The notes: generated by a model from the sequence alone, not told the origin. Positions 49,601 to 64,000 are shown, counted from the first letter of the stretch. The stretch: 64,000 bases of DNA from Eledone cirrhosa (GCA_964016885.1 OZ024740.1:135594001-135658000), one strand, 5' to 3'. Numbers and translations: made by a program.

Positions 49601-52600
49601 CAAGGTAGAAATTGTTGTACTTGAATGCACGTAGTCTATGCAATAAGATATATCTTTTTGACTCCTACGTTAAAAGTATCGACCCTGACTTCATTACAGT
49701 CACGGAAACTTGGACACATCCCTTACTCTGTGATGGGGTTTTCAGCATAACTGGCTTCATCAACAACAACCGACAACTGTGTCTTCCCCTACCATGCCTG
49801 TTGAAGAAGAACAACAAAAAGCGACCATCAATACAGAGTTTGAGGAAATACGGCAAATGATTTCCGCTTTAAGCCAAGAAATAGCGGGAATAAAATCAAG
49901 CATTTGTGTAGAACCTCACAATGAGGGATCTTACCAGAGTGCCCTGTTACAAAATCTCCGCATACCTCTTGCCAAATCTAGACGCATTGAGAATGCCACT
50001 GAATATGTAAACCACAAAGTGATTGCCATTGGTGTACCAGAAGACATAGTTGATCTTCAGGCATTTGTTGCCAGTTCATCCTAAGATTTGGGCTGTGCTC
50101 CCCTGAAGGGTGCTCTACGACTTAGCCGACAAGGTCCGAAACCCAGGCTAATTAGACTGTCTTTTTCAAACTCAACTGAGGTACGTTATTATATTTTGGC
50201 CTCTGATAAAGCTAGGCGTGAAAGTCAGATTGCCTTCTGAACACGCCCTGGTCTTCCACCCAAAGCTGCGTGCTGCAGCTTCCTTAAAACGCAGCTCGGC
50301 AGAACATGAAAGCTTTAGCCTATGTGCTGATGGGCAGATATGGAAGTTTATTAAGGCTGGAAAAGAGATACCGACTGGGCTGAAAACACTGTACCCACAA
50401 CAACTGACAATTAAAAAAATGAAAAAACTCTGGGGAATTAAATCAGAACAACCTGCCATCCCCTGCACATAATCATAGACTGGAATCAAGGTAGAAATTG
50501 TTGTACTTGAATGCACGTAGTCTATGCAATAAGATATATCTTTTTGACTCCTACGTTAAAAGTATCGACCCTGACTTCATTACAGTCACGGAAACTTGGA
50601 CACATCCCTTACTCTGTGATGGGGTTTTCAGTATAACTGGCTTCATCAACAACAACCGACAACTGTGTCTTCCCCTACTATGCCTGTTGAAGAACAACAA
50701 AAAGCGACCATCAATACAGAGTTTGAGGAAATACGGCAAATGATTTCCGCTTTAAGCCAAGAAATAGCGGGAATAAAATCAAGCATTTGTGTAGAACCTC
50801 ACAATGAGGGATCTTACCAGAGTGCCTTGTTACAAAATCTCCGCATACCTCTTCCCAAGTCTAGACGCATTGAGAATGCCACTGAATATGTAAACCACAA
50901 AGTGATTGCCATTGGTGTACCAGAAGACATAGTTGATCTTCAGGCATTTGCTGCCAGTTCATCCTAAGATTTGGGCTGTGCACACCTGAAGGGTGCTCTA
51001 CGCCTTGGCCGACCAGATCCGAAACCCAGGCTAATTAGACTGTCTTTTTCGAACTCAACTGAGGCACATTCATATATTTTGACCTCTGATAAAGCTAGGC
51101 GTGAAAGTCGGATTGCCTTCTGAACACGCTCTTGTCTTCCACCTCATGTCCACCCAAAGCTGCGTGCTGCAGCTTCCTTAAACCGCAGCTCGGCAGAACA
51201 TGAAAGCTTTAGCCTATGTGATGATGGGCAGATATGGAAGTTTATTAAGGCTGGAAAAGAGATACCGACTGCTCTGAAAACACTGTACCCACAACTGACA
51301 ATTAAAAAAATGATAAAACTCTGGGGAATTAAATCAGAACAACCTGCCATCCCCTGCACATAATCATAGACTGGAATCAAGGTAGAAATTGTTGTACTTG
51401 AATGCACGTAGTCTATGCAATAAGATATATCTTTTTGACTCCTACGTTAAAAGTATCGACCCTGACCTCATTACAGTCACGGAAACTTGGACACATCCCT
51501 TACTCTGTGATGGGGTTTTCAGTATAACTGGCTTCATCAACAACAACCGACAACTGTGTCTTCCCCTATTATGCCTGTTGAAGAAGAACACCAAAAAGCG
51601 ACCATCAATACAGAGTTTGTGGAAATACGGCAAATGATTTCCGCTTTAAGCCAAGAAATAGCGGGAATAAAATCAAGCATTTGTGTAGAACCTCACAATG
51701 AGGGATCTTACCAGAGTGCCTTGTTACAAAATCTCCGCATACCTCTTGCCAAATCTAGACGCATTGAGAATGCCACTGAATATGTAAACCACAAAGTGAT
51801 TGCCATTGGTGTACCAGAAGACATAGTTGATCTTCAGGCATTTGTTGCCAGTTCATCCTAAGATTTGGGCTGTGCTCCCCTGAAGGGTGCTCTACGACTT
51901 AGCCGACAAGGTCCGAAACCCAGGCTAATTAGACTGTCTTTTTCAAACTCAACTGAGGTACGTTCATATATTTTGGCCTCTGATAAAGCTAGGCGTGAAG
52001 GTCGGATTACCTTCGGAACATGCCCTGGTCTTCCACCCAAAGCTGCGTGCTGCAGCTTCCTTAAAACGCAGCTCGGCAGAACATGAAAGCTTTAGCCTAT
52101 GTGCTGATGGGCAGATATGGAAGTTTATTAAGGCTGGAAAAGAGATACCGACTGGGCTGAAAACACTGTACCCACAACAACTGACAATTAAAAAAATGAA
52201 AAAACTCTGGGGAATTAAATCAGAACAACCTGCCATCCCCTGCACATAATCATAGACTGGAATCAAGGTAGAAATTGTTGTACTTGAATGCACGTAGTCT
52301 ATTCAATAAGATATATCTTTTTGACTCCTACGTTAAGAGTATCGACCCTGACTTCATTACAGTCACAGAAACTTGGGCACATCCCTTACTCTGTGATGGG
52401 GTTTTCAGCATAACTGGCTTCATCAACAACAACCGACAACTGTGTCTTCCCCTACTATGCCTGTTGAAGAACAACAAAAAGCGACCATCAATAAAGAGTT
52501 TGAGGAAATACGGCAAATGATTTCCGCTTTAAGCCAAGAAATAGCGGGAATAAAATCAAGCATTTGTGTAGAACGTCACAATGAGGGATCTTACCAGAGT

Positions 52601-55600
52601 GCCTTGTTACAAAATCTCCGCATACCTCTTCCCAAGTCTAGACGCATTGAGAATGCCACTGAATATGTAAACCACAAAGTGATTGCCATTGGTGTACCAG
52701 AAGACATAGTTGATCTTCAGGCATTTGCTGCCAGTTCATCCTAAGATTTGGGCTGTGCACACCTGAAGGGTGCTCTACGCCTTGGCCGACCAGGTTCGAA
52801 ACCCAGGCTAATTAGACTGTCTTTTTCGAACTCAACTGAGGTACGTTCATATATTTTGGCCTCTGATAAAGCTAGGCGTGAAGGTCGGATTACCTTCGGA
52901 ACATGCCCTGGTCTTCCACCCAAAGCTGCGTGCTGCAGCTTCCTTAAAACGCAGCTCGGCAGAACATGAAAGCTTTAGCCTATGTGCTGATGGGCAGATA
53001 TGGAAGTTTATTAAGGCTGGAAAAGAGATACCGACTGGTCTGAAAACACTGTACCCACAACTGACAATTAAAAAAATAAAAAAACTCTGGGGAATTAAAT
53101 CAGAACAACCTGCCATCCCCTGCACATAATCATAGACTGGAATCAAGGTAGAAATTGTTGTACTTGAATGCACGTAGTCTATGCAATAAGATATATCTTT
53201 TTGACTCCTACGTTAAAAGTATCGACCCTGACTTCATTACAGTCACGGAAACTTGGACACATCCCTTACTCTGTGATGGGGTTTTCAGCATAACTGGCTT
53301 CATCAACAACAACCGACAACTGTGTCTTCCCCTACCATGCCTGTTGAAGAAGAACAACAAAAAGCGACCATCAATACAGAGTTTGAGGAAATACGGCAAA
53401 TGATTTCCGCTTTAAGCCAAGAAATAGCGGGAATAAAATCAAGCATTTGTGTAGAACCTCACAATGAGGGATCTTACCAGAGTGCCTTGTTACAAAATCT
53501 CCGCATACCTCTTCCCAAATCTAGACGCATTGAAAATGCCACTGAATATGTAAACCACAAAGTGATTGCCATTGGTGTACCAGAAGACATAGTTGATCTT
53601 CAGGCATTTGCTGCCAGTTCATCCTAAGATTTGGGCTGTGCACACCTGAAGGGTGCTCTACGCCTTGGCCGACCAGGTTCGAAACCCAGGCTAATTAGAC
53701 TGTCTTTTTCGAACTCAACTGAGGCACGTTCATATATTTTGGCCTCTGATAAAGCTAGGCGTGAAAGTCGGATTGCCTTCTGAACACGCTCTTGTCTTCC
53801 ACCTCATGTCCACCCAAAGCTGCGTGCTGCAGCTTCCTTAAACCGCAGCTCGGCAGAACATGAAAGCTTTAGCCTATGTGATGATGGGCAGATATGGAAG
53901 TTTATTAAGGCTGGAAAAGAGATACTGACTGGTCTGAAAACACTGTACCCACAACAACTGACAATTAAAAAAATGAAAAAACTCTGGGGAATTAAATCAG
54001 AACAACCTGCCATCCCCTGCACATAATCATAGACTGGAATCAAGGTAGAAATTGTTGTACTTGAATGCACGTAGTCTATGCAATAAGATATATCTTTTTG
54101 ACTCCTACGTTAAAAGTATCGACCCTGACTTCATTACAGTCACGGAAACTTGGACACATCCCTTACTCTGTGATGGGGTTTTCAGCATAACTGGCTTCAT
54201 CAACAACAACCGACAACTGTGTCTTCCCCTACCATGCCTGTTGAAGAAGAACAACAAAAAGCGACCATCAATACAGAGTTTGAGGAAATACGGCAAATGA
54301 TTTCCGCTTTAAGCCAAGAAATAGCGGGAATAAAATCAAGCATTTGTGTAGAACCTCACAATGAGGGATCTTACCAGAGTGCCCTGTTACAAAATCTCCG
54401 CATACCTCTTGCCAAATCTAGACGCATTGAGAATGCCACTGAATATGTAAACCACAAAGTGATTGCCATTGGTGTACCAGAAGACATAGTTGATCTTCAG
54501 GCATTTGTTGCCAGTTCATCCTAAGATTTGGGCTGTGCTCCCCTGAAGGGTGCTCTACGACTTAGCCGACAAGGTCCGAAACCCAGGCTAATTAGACTGT
54601 CTTTTTCAAACTCAACTGAGGTACGTTCATATATTTTGGCCTCTGATAAAGCTAGGCGTGAAAGTCAGATTGCCTTCTGAACACGCCCTGGTCTTCCACC
54701 CAAAGCTGCGTGCTGCAGCTTCCTTAAAACGCAGCTCGGCAGAACATGAAAGCTTTAGCCTATGTGCTGATGGGCAGATATGGAAGTTTATTAAGGCTGG
54801 AAAAGAGATACCGACTGGGCTGAAAACACTGTACCCACAACAACTGACAATTAAAAAAATGAAAAAACTCTGGGGAATTAAATCAGAACAACCTGCCATC
54901 CCCTGCACATAATCATAGACTGGAATCAAGGTAGAAATTGTTGTACTTGAATGCACGTAGTCTATGCAATAAGATATATCTTTTTGACTCCTACGTTAAA
55001 AGTATCGACCCTGACTTCATTACAGTCACGGAAACTTGGACACATCCCTTACTCTGTGATGGGGTTTTCAGTATAACGGGCTTCATCAACAACAACCGAC
55101 AACTGTGTCTTCCCCTACTATGCCTGTTGAAGAACAACAAAAAGCGACCATCAATACAGAGTTTGAGGAAATACGGCAAATGATTTCCGCTTTAAGCCAA
55201 GAAATAGCGGGAATAAAATCAAGCATTTGTGTAGAACCTCACAATGAGGGATCTTACCAGAGTGCCTTGTTACAAAATCTCCGCATACCTCTTCCCAAGT
55301 CTAGACGCATTGAGAATGCCACTGAATATGTAAACCACAAAGTGATTGCCATTGGTGTACCAGAAGACATAGTTGATCTTCAGGCATTTGCTGCCAGTTC
55401 ATCCTAAGATTTGGGCTGTGCACACCTGAAGGGTGCTCTACGCCTTGGCCGACCAGATCCGAAACCCAGGCTAATTAGACTGTCTTTTTCGAACTCAACT
55501 GAGGCACATTCATATATTTTGACCTCTGATAAAGCTAGGCGTGAAAGTCGGATTGCCTTCTGAACACGCTCTTGTCTTCCACCTCATGTCCACCCAAAGC

Positions 55601-58600
55601 TGCGTGCTGCAGCTTCCTTAAACCGCAGCTCGGCAGAACATGAAAGCTTTAGCCTATGTGATGATGGGCAGATATGGAAGTTTATTAAGGCTGGAAAAGA
55701 GATACCGACTGCTCTGAAAACACTGTACCCACAACTGACAATTAAAAAAATGATAAAACTCTGGGGAATTAAATCAGAACAACCTGCCATCCCCTGCACA
55801 TAATCATAGACTGGAATCAAGGTAGAAATTGTTGTACTTGAATGCACGTAGTCTATGCAATAAGATATATCTTTTTGACTCCTACGTTAAAAGTATCGAC
55901 CCTGACTTCATTACAGTCACGGAAACTTGGACACATCCCTTACTCTGTGATGGGGTTTTCAGCATAACTGGCTTCATCAACAACAACCGACAACTGTGTC
56001 TTCCCCTACCATGCCTGTTGAAGAAGAACAACAAAAAGCGACCATCAATACAGAGTTTGAGGAAATACGGCAAATGATTTCCGCTTTAAGCCAAGAAATA
56101 GCGGGAATAAAATCAAGCATTTGTGTAGAACCTCACAATGAGGGATCTTACCAGAGTGCCCTGTTACAAAATCTCCGCATACCTCTTGCCAAATCTAGAC
56201 GCATTGAGAATGCCACTGAATATGTAAACCACAAAGTGATTGCCATTGGTGTACCAGAAGACATAGTTGATCTTCAGGCATTTGTTGCCAGTTCATCCTA
56301 AGATTTGGGCTGTGCTCCCCTGAAGGGTGCTCTACGACTTAGCCGACAAGGTCCGAAACCCAGGCTAATTAGACTGTCTTTTTCAAACTCAACTGAGGTA
56401 CGTTATTATATTTTGGCCTCTGATAAAGCTAGGCGTGAAAGTCAGATTGCCTTCTGAACACGCCCTGGTCTTCCACCCAAAGCTGCGTGCTGCAGCTTCC
56501 TTAAAACGCAGCTCGGCAGAACATGAAAGCTTTAGCCTATGTGCTGATGGGCAGATATGGAAGTTTATTAAGGCTGGAAAAGAGATACCGACTGGGCTGA
56601 AAACACTGTACCCACAACAACTGACAATTAAAAAAATGAAAAAACTCTGGGGAATTAAATCAGAACAACCTGCCATCCCCTGCACATAATCATAGACTGG
56701 AATCAAGGTAGAAATTGTTGTACTTGAATGCACGTAGTCTATGCAATAAGATATATCTTTTTGACTCCTACGTTAAAAGTATCGACCCTGACTTCATTAC
56801 AGTCACGGAAACTTGGACACATCCCTTACTCTGTGATGGGGTTTTCAGTATAACTGGCTTCATCAACAACAACCGACAACTGTGTCTTCCCCTACTATGC
56901 CTGTTGAAGAACAACAAAAAGCGACCATCAATACAGAGTTTGAGGAAATACGGCAAATGATTTCCGCTTTAAGCCAAGAAATAGCGGGAATAAAATCAAG
57001 CATTTGTGTAGAACCTCACAATGAGGGATCTTACCAGAGTGCCTTGTTACAAAATCTCCGCATACCTCTTCCCAAGTCTAGACGCATTGAGAATGCCACT
57101 GAATATGTAAACCACAAAGTGATTGCCATTGGTGTACCAGAAGACATAGTTGATCTTCAGGCATTTGCTGCCAGTTCATCCTAAGATTTGGGCTGTGCAC
57201 ACCTGAAGGGTGCTCTACGCCTTGGCCGACCAGATCCGAAACCCAGGCTAATTAGACTGTCTTTTTCGAACTCAACTGAGGCACATTCATATATTTTGAC
57301 CTCTGATAAAGCTAGGCGTGAAAGTCGGATTGCCTTCTGAACACGCTCTTGTCTTCCACCTCATGTCCACCCAAAGCTGCGTGCTGCAGCTTCCTTAAAC
57401 CGCAGCTCGGCAGAACATGAAAGCTTTAGCCTATGTGATGATGGGCAGATATGGAAGTTTATTAAGGCTGGAAAAGAGATACCGACTGCTCTGAAAACAC
57501 TGTACCCACAACTGACAATTAAAAAAATGATAAAACTCTGGGGAATTAAATCAGAACAACCTGCCATCCCCTGCACATAATCATAGACTGGAATCAAGGT
57601 AGAAATTGTTGTACTTGAATGCACGTAGTCTATGCAATAAGATATATCTTTTTGACTCCTACGTTAAAAGTATCGACCCTGACCTCATTACAGTCACGGA
57701 AACTTGGACACATCCCTTACTCTGTGATGGGGTTTTCAGTATAACTGGCTTCATCAACAACAACCGACAACTGTGTCTTCCCCTATTATGCCTGTTGAAG
57801 AAGAACACCAAAAAGCGACCATCAATACAGAGTTTGTGGAAATACGGCAAATGATTTCCGCTTTAAGCCAAGAAATAGCGGGAATAAAATCAAGCATTTG
57901 TGTAGAACCTCACAATGAGGGATCTTACCAGAGTGCCTTGTTACAAAATCTCCGCATACCTCTTGCCAAATCTAGACGCATTGAGAATGCCACTGAATAT
58001 GTAAACCACAAAGTGATTGCCATTGGTGTACCAGAAGACATAGTTGATCTTCAGGCATTTGTTGCCAGTTCATCCTAAGATTTGGGCTGTGCTCCCCTGA
58101 AGGGTGCTCTACGACTTAGCCGACAAGGTCCGAAACCCAGGCTAATTAGACTGTCTTTTTCAAACTCAACTGAGGTACGTTCATATATTTTGGCCTCTGA
58201 TAAAGCTAGGCGTGAAGGTCGGATTACCTTCGGAACATGCCCTGGTCTTCCACCCAAAGCTGCGTGCTGCAGCTTCCTTAAAACGCAGCTCGGCAGAACA
58301 TGAAAGCTTTAGCCTATGTGCTGATGGGCAGATATGGAAGTTTATTAAGGCTGGAAAAGAGATACCGACTGGGCTGAAAACACTGTACCCACAACAACTG
58401 ACAATTAAAAAAATGAAAAAACTCTGGGGAATTAAATCAGAACAACCTGCCATCCCCTGCACATAATCATAGACTGGAATCAAGGTAGAAATTGTTGTAC
58501 TTGAATGCACGTAGTCTATTCAATAAGATATATCTTTTTGACTCCTACGTTAAGAGTATCGACCCTGACTTCATTACAGTCACAGAAACTTGGGCACATC

Positions 58601-61600
58601 CCTTACTCTGTGATGGGGTTTTCAGCATAACTGGCTTCATCAACAACAACCGACAACTGTGTCTTCCCCTACTATGCCTGTTGAAGAACAACAAAAAGCG
58701 ACCATCAATAAAGAGTTTGAGGAAATACGGCAAATGATTTCCGCTTTAAGCCAAGAAATAGCGGGAATAAAATCAAGCATTTGTGTAGAACGTCACAATG
58801 AGGGATCTTACCAGAGTGCCTTGTTACAAAATCTCCGCATACCTCTTCCCAAGTCTAGACGCATTGAGAATGCCACTGAATATGTAAACCACAAAGTGAT
58901 TGCCATTGGTGTACCAGAAGACATAGTTGATCTTCAGGCATTTGCTGCCAGTTCATCCTAAGATTTGGGCTGTGCACACCTGAAGGGTGCTCTACGCCTT
59001 GGCCGACCAGGTTCGAAACCCAGGCTAATTAGACTGTCTTTTTCGAACTCAACTGAGGTACGTTCATATATTTTGGCCTCTGATAAAGCTAGGCGTGAAG
59101 GTCGGATTACCTTCGGAACATGCCCTGGTCTTCCACCCAAAGCTGCGTGCTGCAGCTTCCTTAAAACGCAGCTCGGCAGAACATGAAAGCTTTAGCCTAT
59201 GTGCTGATGGGCAGATATGGAAGTTTATTAAGGCTGGAAAAGAGATACCGACTGGTCTGAAAACACTGTACCCACAACTGACAATTAAAAAAATAAAAAA
59301 ACTCTGGGGAATTAAATCAGAACAACCTGCCATCCCCTGCACATAATCATAGACTGGAATCAAGGTAGAAATTGTTGTACTTGAATGCACGTAGTCTATG
59401 CAATAAGATATATCTTTTTGACTCCTACGTTAAAAGTATCGACCCTGACTTCATTACAGTCACGGAAACTTGGACACATCCCTTACTCTGTGATGGGGTT
59501 TTCAGCATAACTGGCTTCATCAACAACAACCGACAACTGTGTCTTCCCCTACCATGCCTGTTGAAGAAGAACAACAAAAAGCGACCATCAATACAGAGTT
59601 TGAGGAAATACGGCAAATGATTTCCGCTTTAAGCCAAGAAATAGCGGGAATAAAATCAAGCATTTGTGTAGAACCTCACAATGAGGGATCTTACCAGAGT
59701 GCCTTGTTACAAAATCTCCGCATACCTCTTCCCAAATCTAGACGCATTGAAAATGCCACTGAATATGTAAACCACAAAGTGATTGCCATTGGTGTACCAG
59801 AAGACATAGTTGATCTTCAGGCATTTGCTGCCAGTTCATCCTAAGATTTGGGCTGTGCACACCTGAAGGGTGCTCTACGCCTTGGCCGACCAGGTTCGAA
59901 ACCCAGGCTAATTAGACTGTCTTTTTCGAACTCAACTGAGGCACGTTCATATATTTTGGCCTCTGATAAAGCTAGGCGTGAAAGTCGGATTGCCTTCTGA
60001 ACACGCTCTTGTCTTCCACCTCATGTCCACCCAAAGCTGCGTGCTGCAGCTTCCTTAAACCGCAGCTCGGCAGAACATGAAAGCTTTAGCCTATGTGATG
60101 ATGGGCAGATATGGAAGTTTATTAAGGCTGGAAAAGAGATACTGACTGGTCTGAAAACACTGTACCCACAACAACTGACAATTAAAAAAATGAAAAAACT
60201 CTGGGGAATTAAATCAGAACAACCTGCCATCCCCTGCACATAATCATAGACTGGAATCAAGGTAGAAATTGTTGTACTTGAATGCACGTAGTCTATGCAA
60301 TAAGATATATCTTTTTGACTCCTACGTTAAAAGTATCGACCCTGACTTCATTACAGTCACGGAAACTTGGACACATCCCTTACTCTGTGATGGGGTTTTC
60401 AGCATAACTGGCTTCATCAACAACAACCGACAACTGTGTCTTCCCCTACCATGCCTGTTGAAGAAGAACAACAAAAAGCGACCATCAATACAGAGTTTGA
60501 GGAAATACGGCAAATGATTTCCGCTTTAAGCCAAGAAATAGCGGGAATAAAATCAAGCATTTGTGTAGAACCTCACAATGAGGGATCTTACCAGAGTGCC
60601 TTGTTACAAAATCTCCGCATACCTCTTCCCAAATCTAGACGCATTGAGAATGCCACTGAATATGTAAACCACAAAGTGATTGCCATTGGTGTACCAGAAG
60701 ACATAGTTGATCTTCAGGCATTTGCTGCCAGTTCATCCTAAGATTTGGGCTGTGCACACCTGAAGTGTGCTCTACGCCTTGGCCGACCAGGTTCGAAACC
60801 CAGGCTAATTAGACTGTCTTTTTCGAACTCAACTGAGGCACGTTCATATATTTTGGCCTCTGATAAAGCTAGGCGTGAAAGTCGGATTGCCTTCTGAACA
60901 CGCTCTTGTCTTCCACCTCATGTCCACCCAAAGCTGCGTGCTGCAGCTTCCTTAAACCGCAGCTCGGCAGAACATGAAAGCTTTAGCCTATGTGATGATG
61001 GGCAGATATGGAAGTTTATTAAGGCTGGAAAAGAGATACTGACTGGTCTGAAAACACTGTACCCACAACAACTGACAATTAAAAAAATGAAAAAACTCTG
61101 GGGAATTAAATCAGAACAACCTGCCATCCCCTGCACATAATCATAGACTGGAATCAAGGTACAAATTGTTGTACTTGAATGCACGTAGTCTATTCAATAA
61201 GATATATCTTTTTGACTCCTACGTTAAGAGTATCGACCCTGACTTCATTACAGTCACAGAAACTTGGGCACATCACTTACTCTGTGATGGGGTTTTCAGC
61301 ATAACTGGCTTCATCAACAACAACCGACAACTGTGTCTTCCCCTACTATGCCTGTTGAAGAACAACAAAAAGCAACCATCAATAAAGAGTTTGAGGAAAT
61401 ACGGCAAATGATTTCCGCTTTAAGCCAAGAAATAGCGGGAATAAAATCAAGCATTTGTGTAGAACCTCACAATGAGGGATCTTACCAGAGTGCCCTGTTA
61501 CAAAATCTCCGCATACCTCTTCCCAAATCTAGACGCATTGAGAATGCCACTGAATATGTAAACCATAAAGTGATTGCCATTGGTGTACCAGAAGACATAG

Positions 61601-63992
61601 TTGATCTTCAGGCATTTGCTGCCAGTTCATCCTAAGATTTGGGCTGTGCACACCTGAAGGGTGCTCTACGCCTTGGCCAACCAAGTTCGAAACCCAGGCT
61701 AATTAGACTGTCTTTTTCGAACTCAACTGAGGTACGTTCATATATTTTGGCCTCTGATAAAGCTAGGCGTGAAGGTCGGATTGCCTTCGGAACACGCCCT
61801 GGTCTTCCACCTCATGTCCACCCAAAGCTGCGTGCTGCAGCTTCCTTAAACCGCAGCTCGGCAGAACATGAAAGCTTTAGCCTATGTGATGATGGGCAGA
61901 TATGGAAGTTTATTAAGGCTGGAAAAGAGATACCGACTGGTCTGAAAACACTGTACCCACAACAACTGACAATTAAAAAAATTAAAAAACTCTGGGAAAC
62001 TAAATCAGAACAACCTGCCATCCCCTGCACATAATCATAGACTGGAATCAAGGTAGAAATTGTTGTACTTGAATGCACGTAGTCTATGCAATAAGATATA
62101 TCTTTTTGACTCCTACGTTAAAAGTATCGACCCTGACTTCATTACAGTCACGGAAACTTGGGCATATCCCACACTCTGTGATGGGGTTTTCAGCATAACT
62201 GGCTTCATCAACAACAACCGACAACTGTGTCTTCCCCTACCATGCCTGTTGAAGAAGAACAACAAAAAGCGACCATCAATACAGAGTTTGAGGAAATACG
62301 GCAAATGATTTCCGCTTTAAGCCAAGAAATAGCGGGAATAAAATCAAGCATTTGTGTAGAACCTCACAATGAGGGATCTTACCAGAGTGCCTTGTTACAA
62401 AATCTCCGCATACCTCTTCCCAAATCTAGACGCATTGAGAATGCCACTGAATATGTAAACCACAAAGTGATTGCCATTGGTGTACCAGAAGACATAGTTG
62501 ATCTTCAGGCATTTGCTGCCAGTTCATCCTAAGATTTGGGCTGTGCACACCTGAAGTGTGCTCTACGCCTTGGCCGACCAGGTTCGAAACCCAGGCTAAT
62601 TAGACTGTCTTTTTCGAACTCAACTGAGGCACATTCATATATTTTGGCCTCTGATAAAGCTAGGCGTGAAAGTCGGATTGCCTTCTGAACACGCTCTTGT
62701 CTTCCACCTCATGTCCACCCAAAGCTGCGTGCTGCAGCTTCCTTAAACCGCAGCTCGGCAGAACATGAAAGCTTTAGCCTATGTGATGATGGGCAGATAT
62801 GGAAGTTTATTAAGGCTGGAAAAGAGATACTGACTGGTCTGAAAACACTGTACCCACAACAACTGACAATTAAAAAAATGAAAAAACTCTGGGGAATTAA
62901 ATCAGAACAACCTGCCATCCCCTGCACATAATCATAGACTGGAATCAAGGTACAAATTGTTGTACTTGAATGTACGTAGTCTATTCAATAAGATATATCT
63001 TTTTGACTCCTACGTTAAGAGTATCGACCCTGACTTCATTACAGTCACAGAAACTTGGGCACATCCCTTACTCTGTGATGGGGTTTTCAGCATAACTGGC
63101 TTCATCAACAACAACCGACAACTGTGTCTTCCCCTACTATGCCTGTTGAAGAACAACAAAAAGCAACCATCAATAAAGAGTTTGAGGAAATACGGCAAAT
63201 GATTTCCGCTTTAAGCCAAGAAATAGCGGGAATAAAATCAAGCATTTGTGTAGAACCTCACAATGAGGGATCTTACCAGAGTGCCCTGTTACAAAATCTC
63301 CGCATACCTCTTCCCAAATCTAGACGCATTGAGAATGCCACTGAATATGTAAACCATAAAGTGATTGCCATTGGTGTACCAGAAGACATAGTTGATCTTC
63401 AGGCATTTGCTGCCAGTTCATCCTAAGATTTGGGCTGTGCACACCTGAAGGGTGCTCTACGCCTTGGCCAACCAAGTTCGAAACCCAGGCTAAATAGACT
63501 GTCTTTTTCGAACTCAACTGAGGTACGTTCATATATTTTGGCCTCTGATAAAGCTAGGCGTGAAGGTCGGATTGCCTTCGGAACACGCCCTGGTCTTCCA
63601 CCTCATGTCCACCCAAAGCTGCGTGCTGCAGCTTCCTTAAACCGCAGCTCGGCAGAACATGAAAGCTTTAGCCTATGTGATGATGGGCAGATATGGAAGT
63701 TTATTAAGGCTGGAAAAGAGATACCGACTGGTCTGAAAACACTGTACCCACAACAACTGACAATTAAAAAAATTAAAAAACTCTGGGAAACTAAATCAGA
63801 ACAACCTGCCACCCCCTGCACATAATCATAGACTGGAATCAAGGTAGAAATTGTTGTACTTGAATGCACGTAGTCTATGCAATAAGATATATCTTTTTGA
63901 CTCCTACGTTAAAAGTATCGACCCTGACTTCATTACAGTCACGGAAACTTGGGCATATCCCACACTCTGTGATGGGGTTTTCAGCATAACTG
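34620..63992 (+). repeat. LINE-derived macrosatellite: 33 tandem copies of an 880-897 bp unit (CR1-like ORF1 C-terminal part plus first ~50 codons of APE endonuclease)
   Basis: 'LYLNARSL.NK...PDFITVTETW' recurs 33 times (35398 ... 63851). Each unit also encodes coiled-coil 'FEEIRQMISALSQEIAGIK', 'KVIAIGVPED' and 'LRLGRPGSKPRLIRLSF' (ORF1 RRM-like), with stops and frameshifts. Confidence 0.95.
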
Positions 63993-64000
63993 TCTACAAC

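Noticed and set aside
35398-63869. Repeated short ORFs in the array read as a tandem gene family or operon
   Set aside because: They are fragments of one LINE-derived unit with stops and frameshifts. Many start at non-ATG codons, and the minus-strand ORFs are shadows. The unit junction changes frame, so there is no polyprotein.

Overview
This is eukaryotic, AT-rich, repeat-dense DNA. The SINE families and (TA)n/(GA)n microsatellites suggest an octopus or other coleoid cephalopod; that assignment is inference, not verified. The only host gene I can support is the 3' end of an amphiphysin/BIN1-like gene on the + strand: four exons at 7134-7216, 7968-8180, 17579-17680 and 18064-18150, ending in an Amph-type SH3 domain. 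The introns and flanks carry the 5' part of an L1/Tx1-like LINE, a ~135-copy 24-bp minisatellite built around the CRE palindrome TGACGTCA, nested RTE-LINE/LTR insertions, tRNA-derived SINEs, MITEs, Penelope-like remnants and minimal hammerhead-ribozyme motifs. The last ~29 kb (about 34.6-64.0 kb) is a 33-copy, 880-897 bp tandem array made from an internal segment of one CR1-like LINE (ORF1 3' half plus the start of the APE endonuclease). The array is organised into higher-order repeats (3-, 5-, 7- and 2-mers) and appears to return to unique LINE sequence in the last bases of the window. Almost all ORFs in the supplied track are by-products of repeats. No database searches were run, and repeat boundaries are by eye unless a target-site duplication (TSD) is given.
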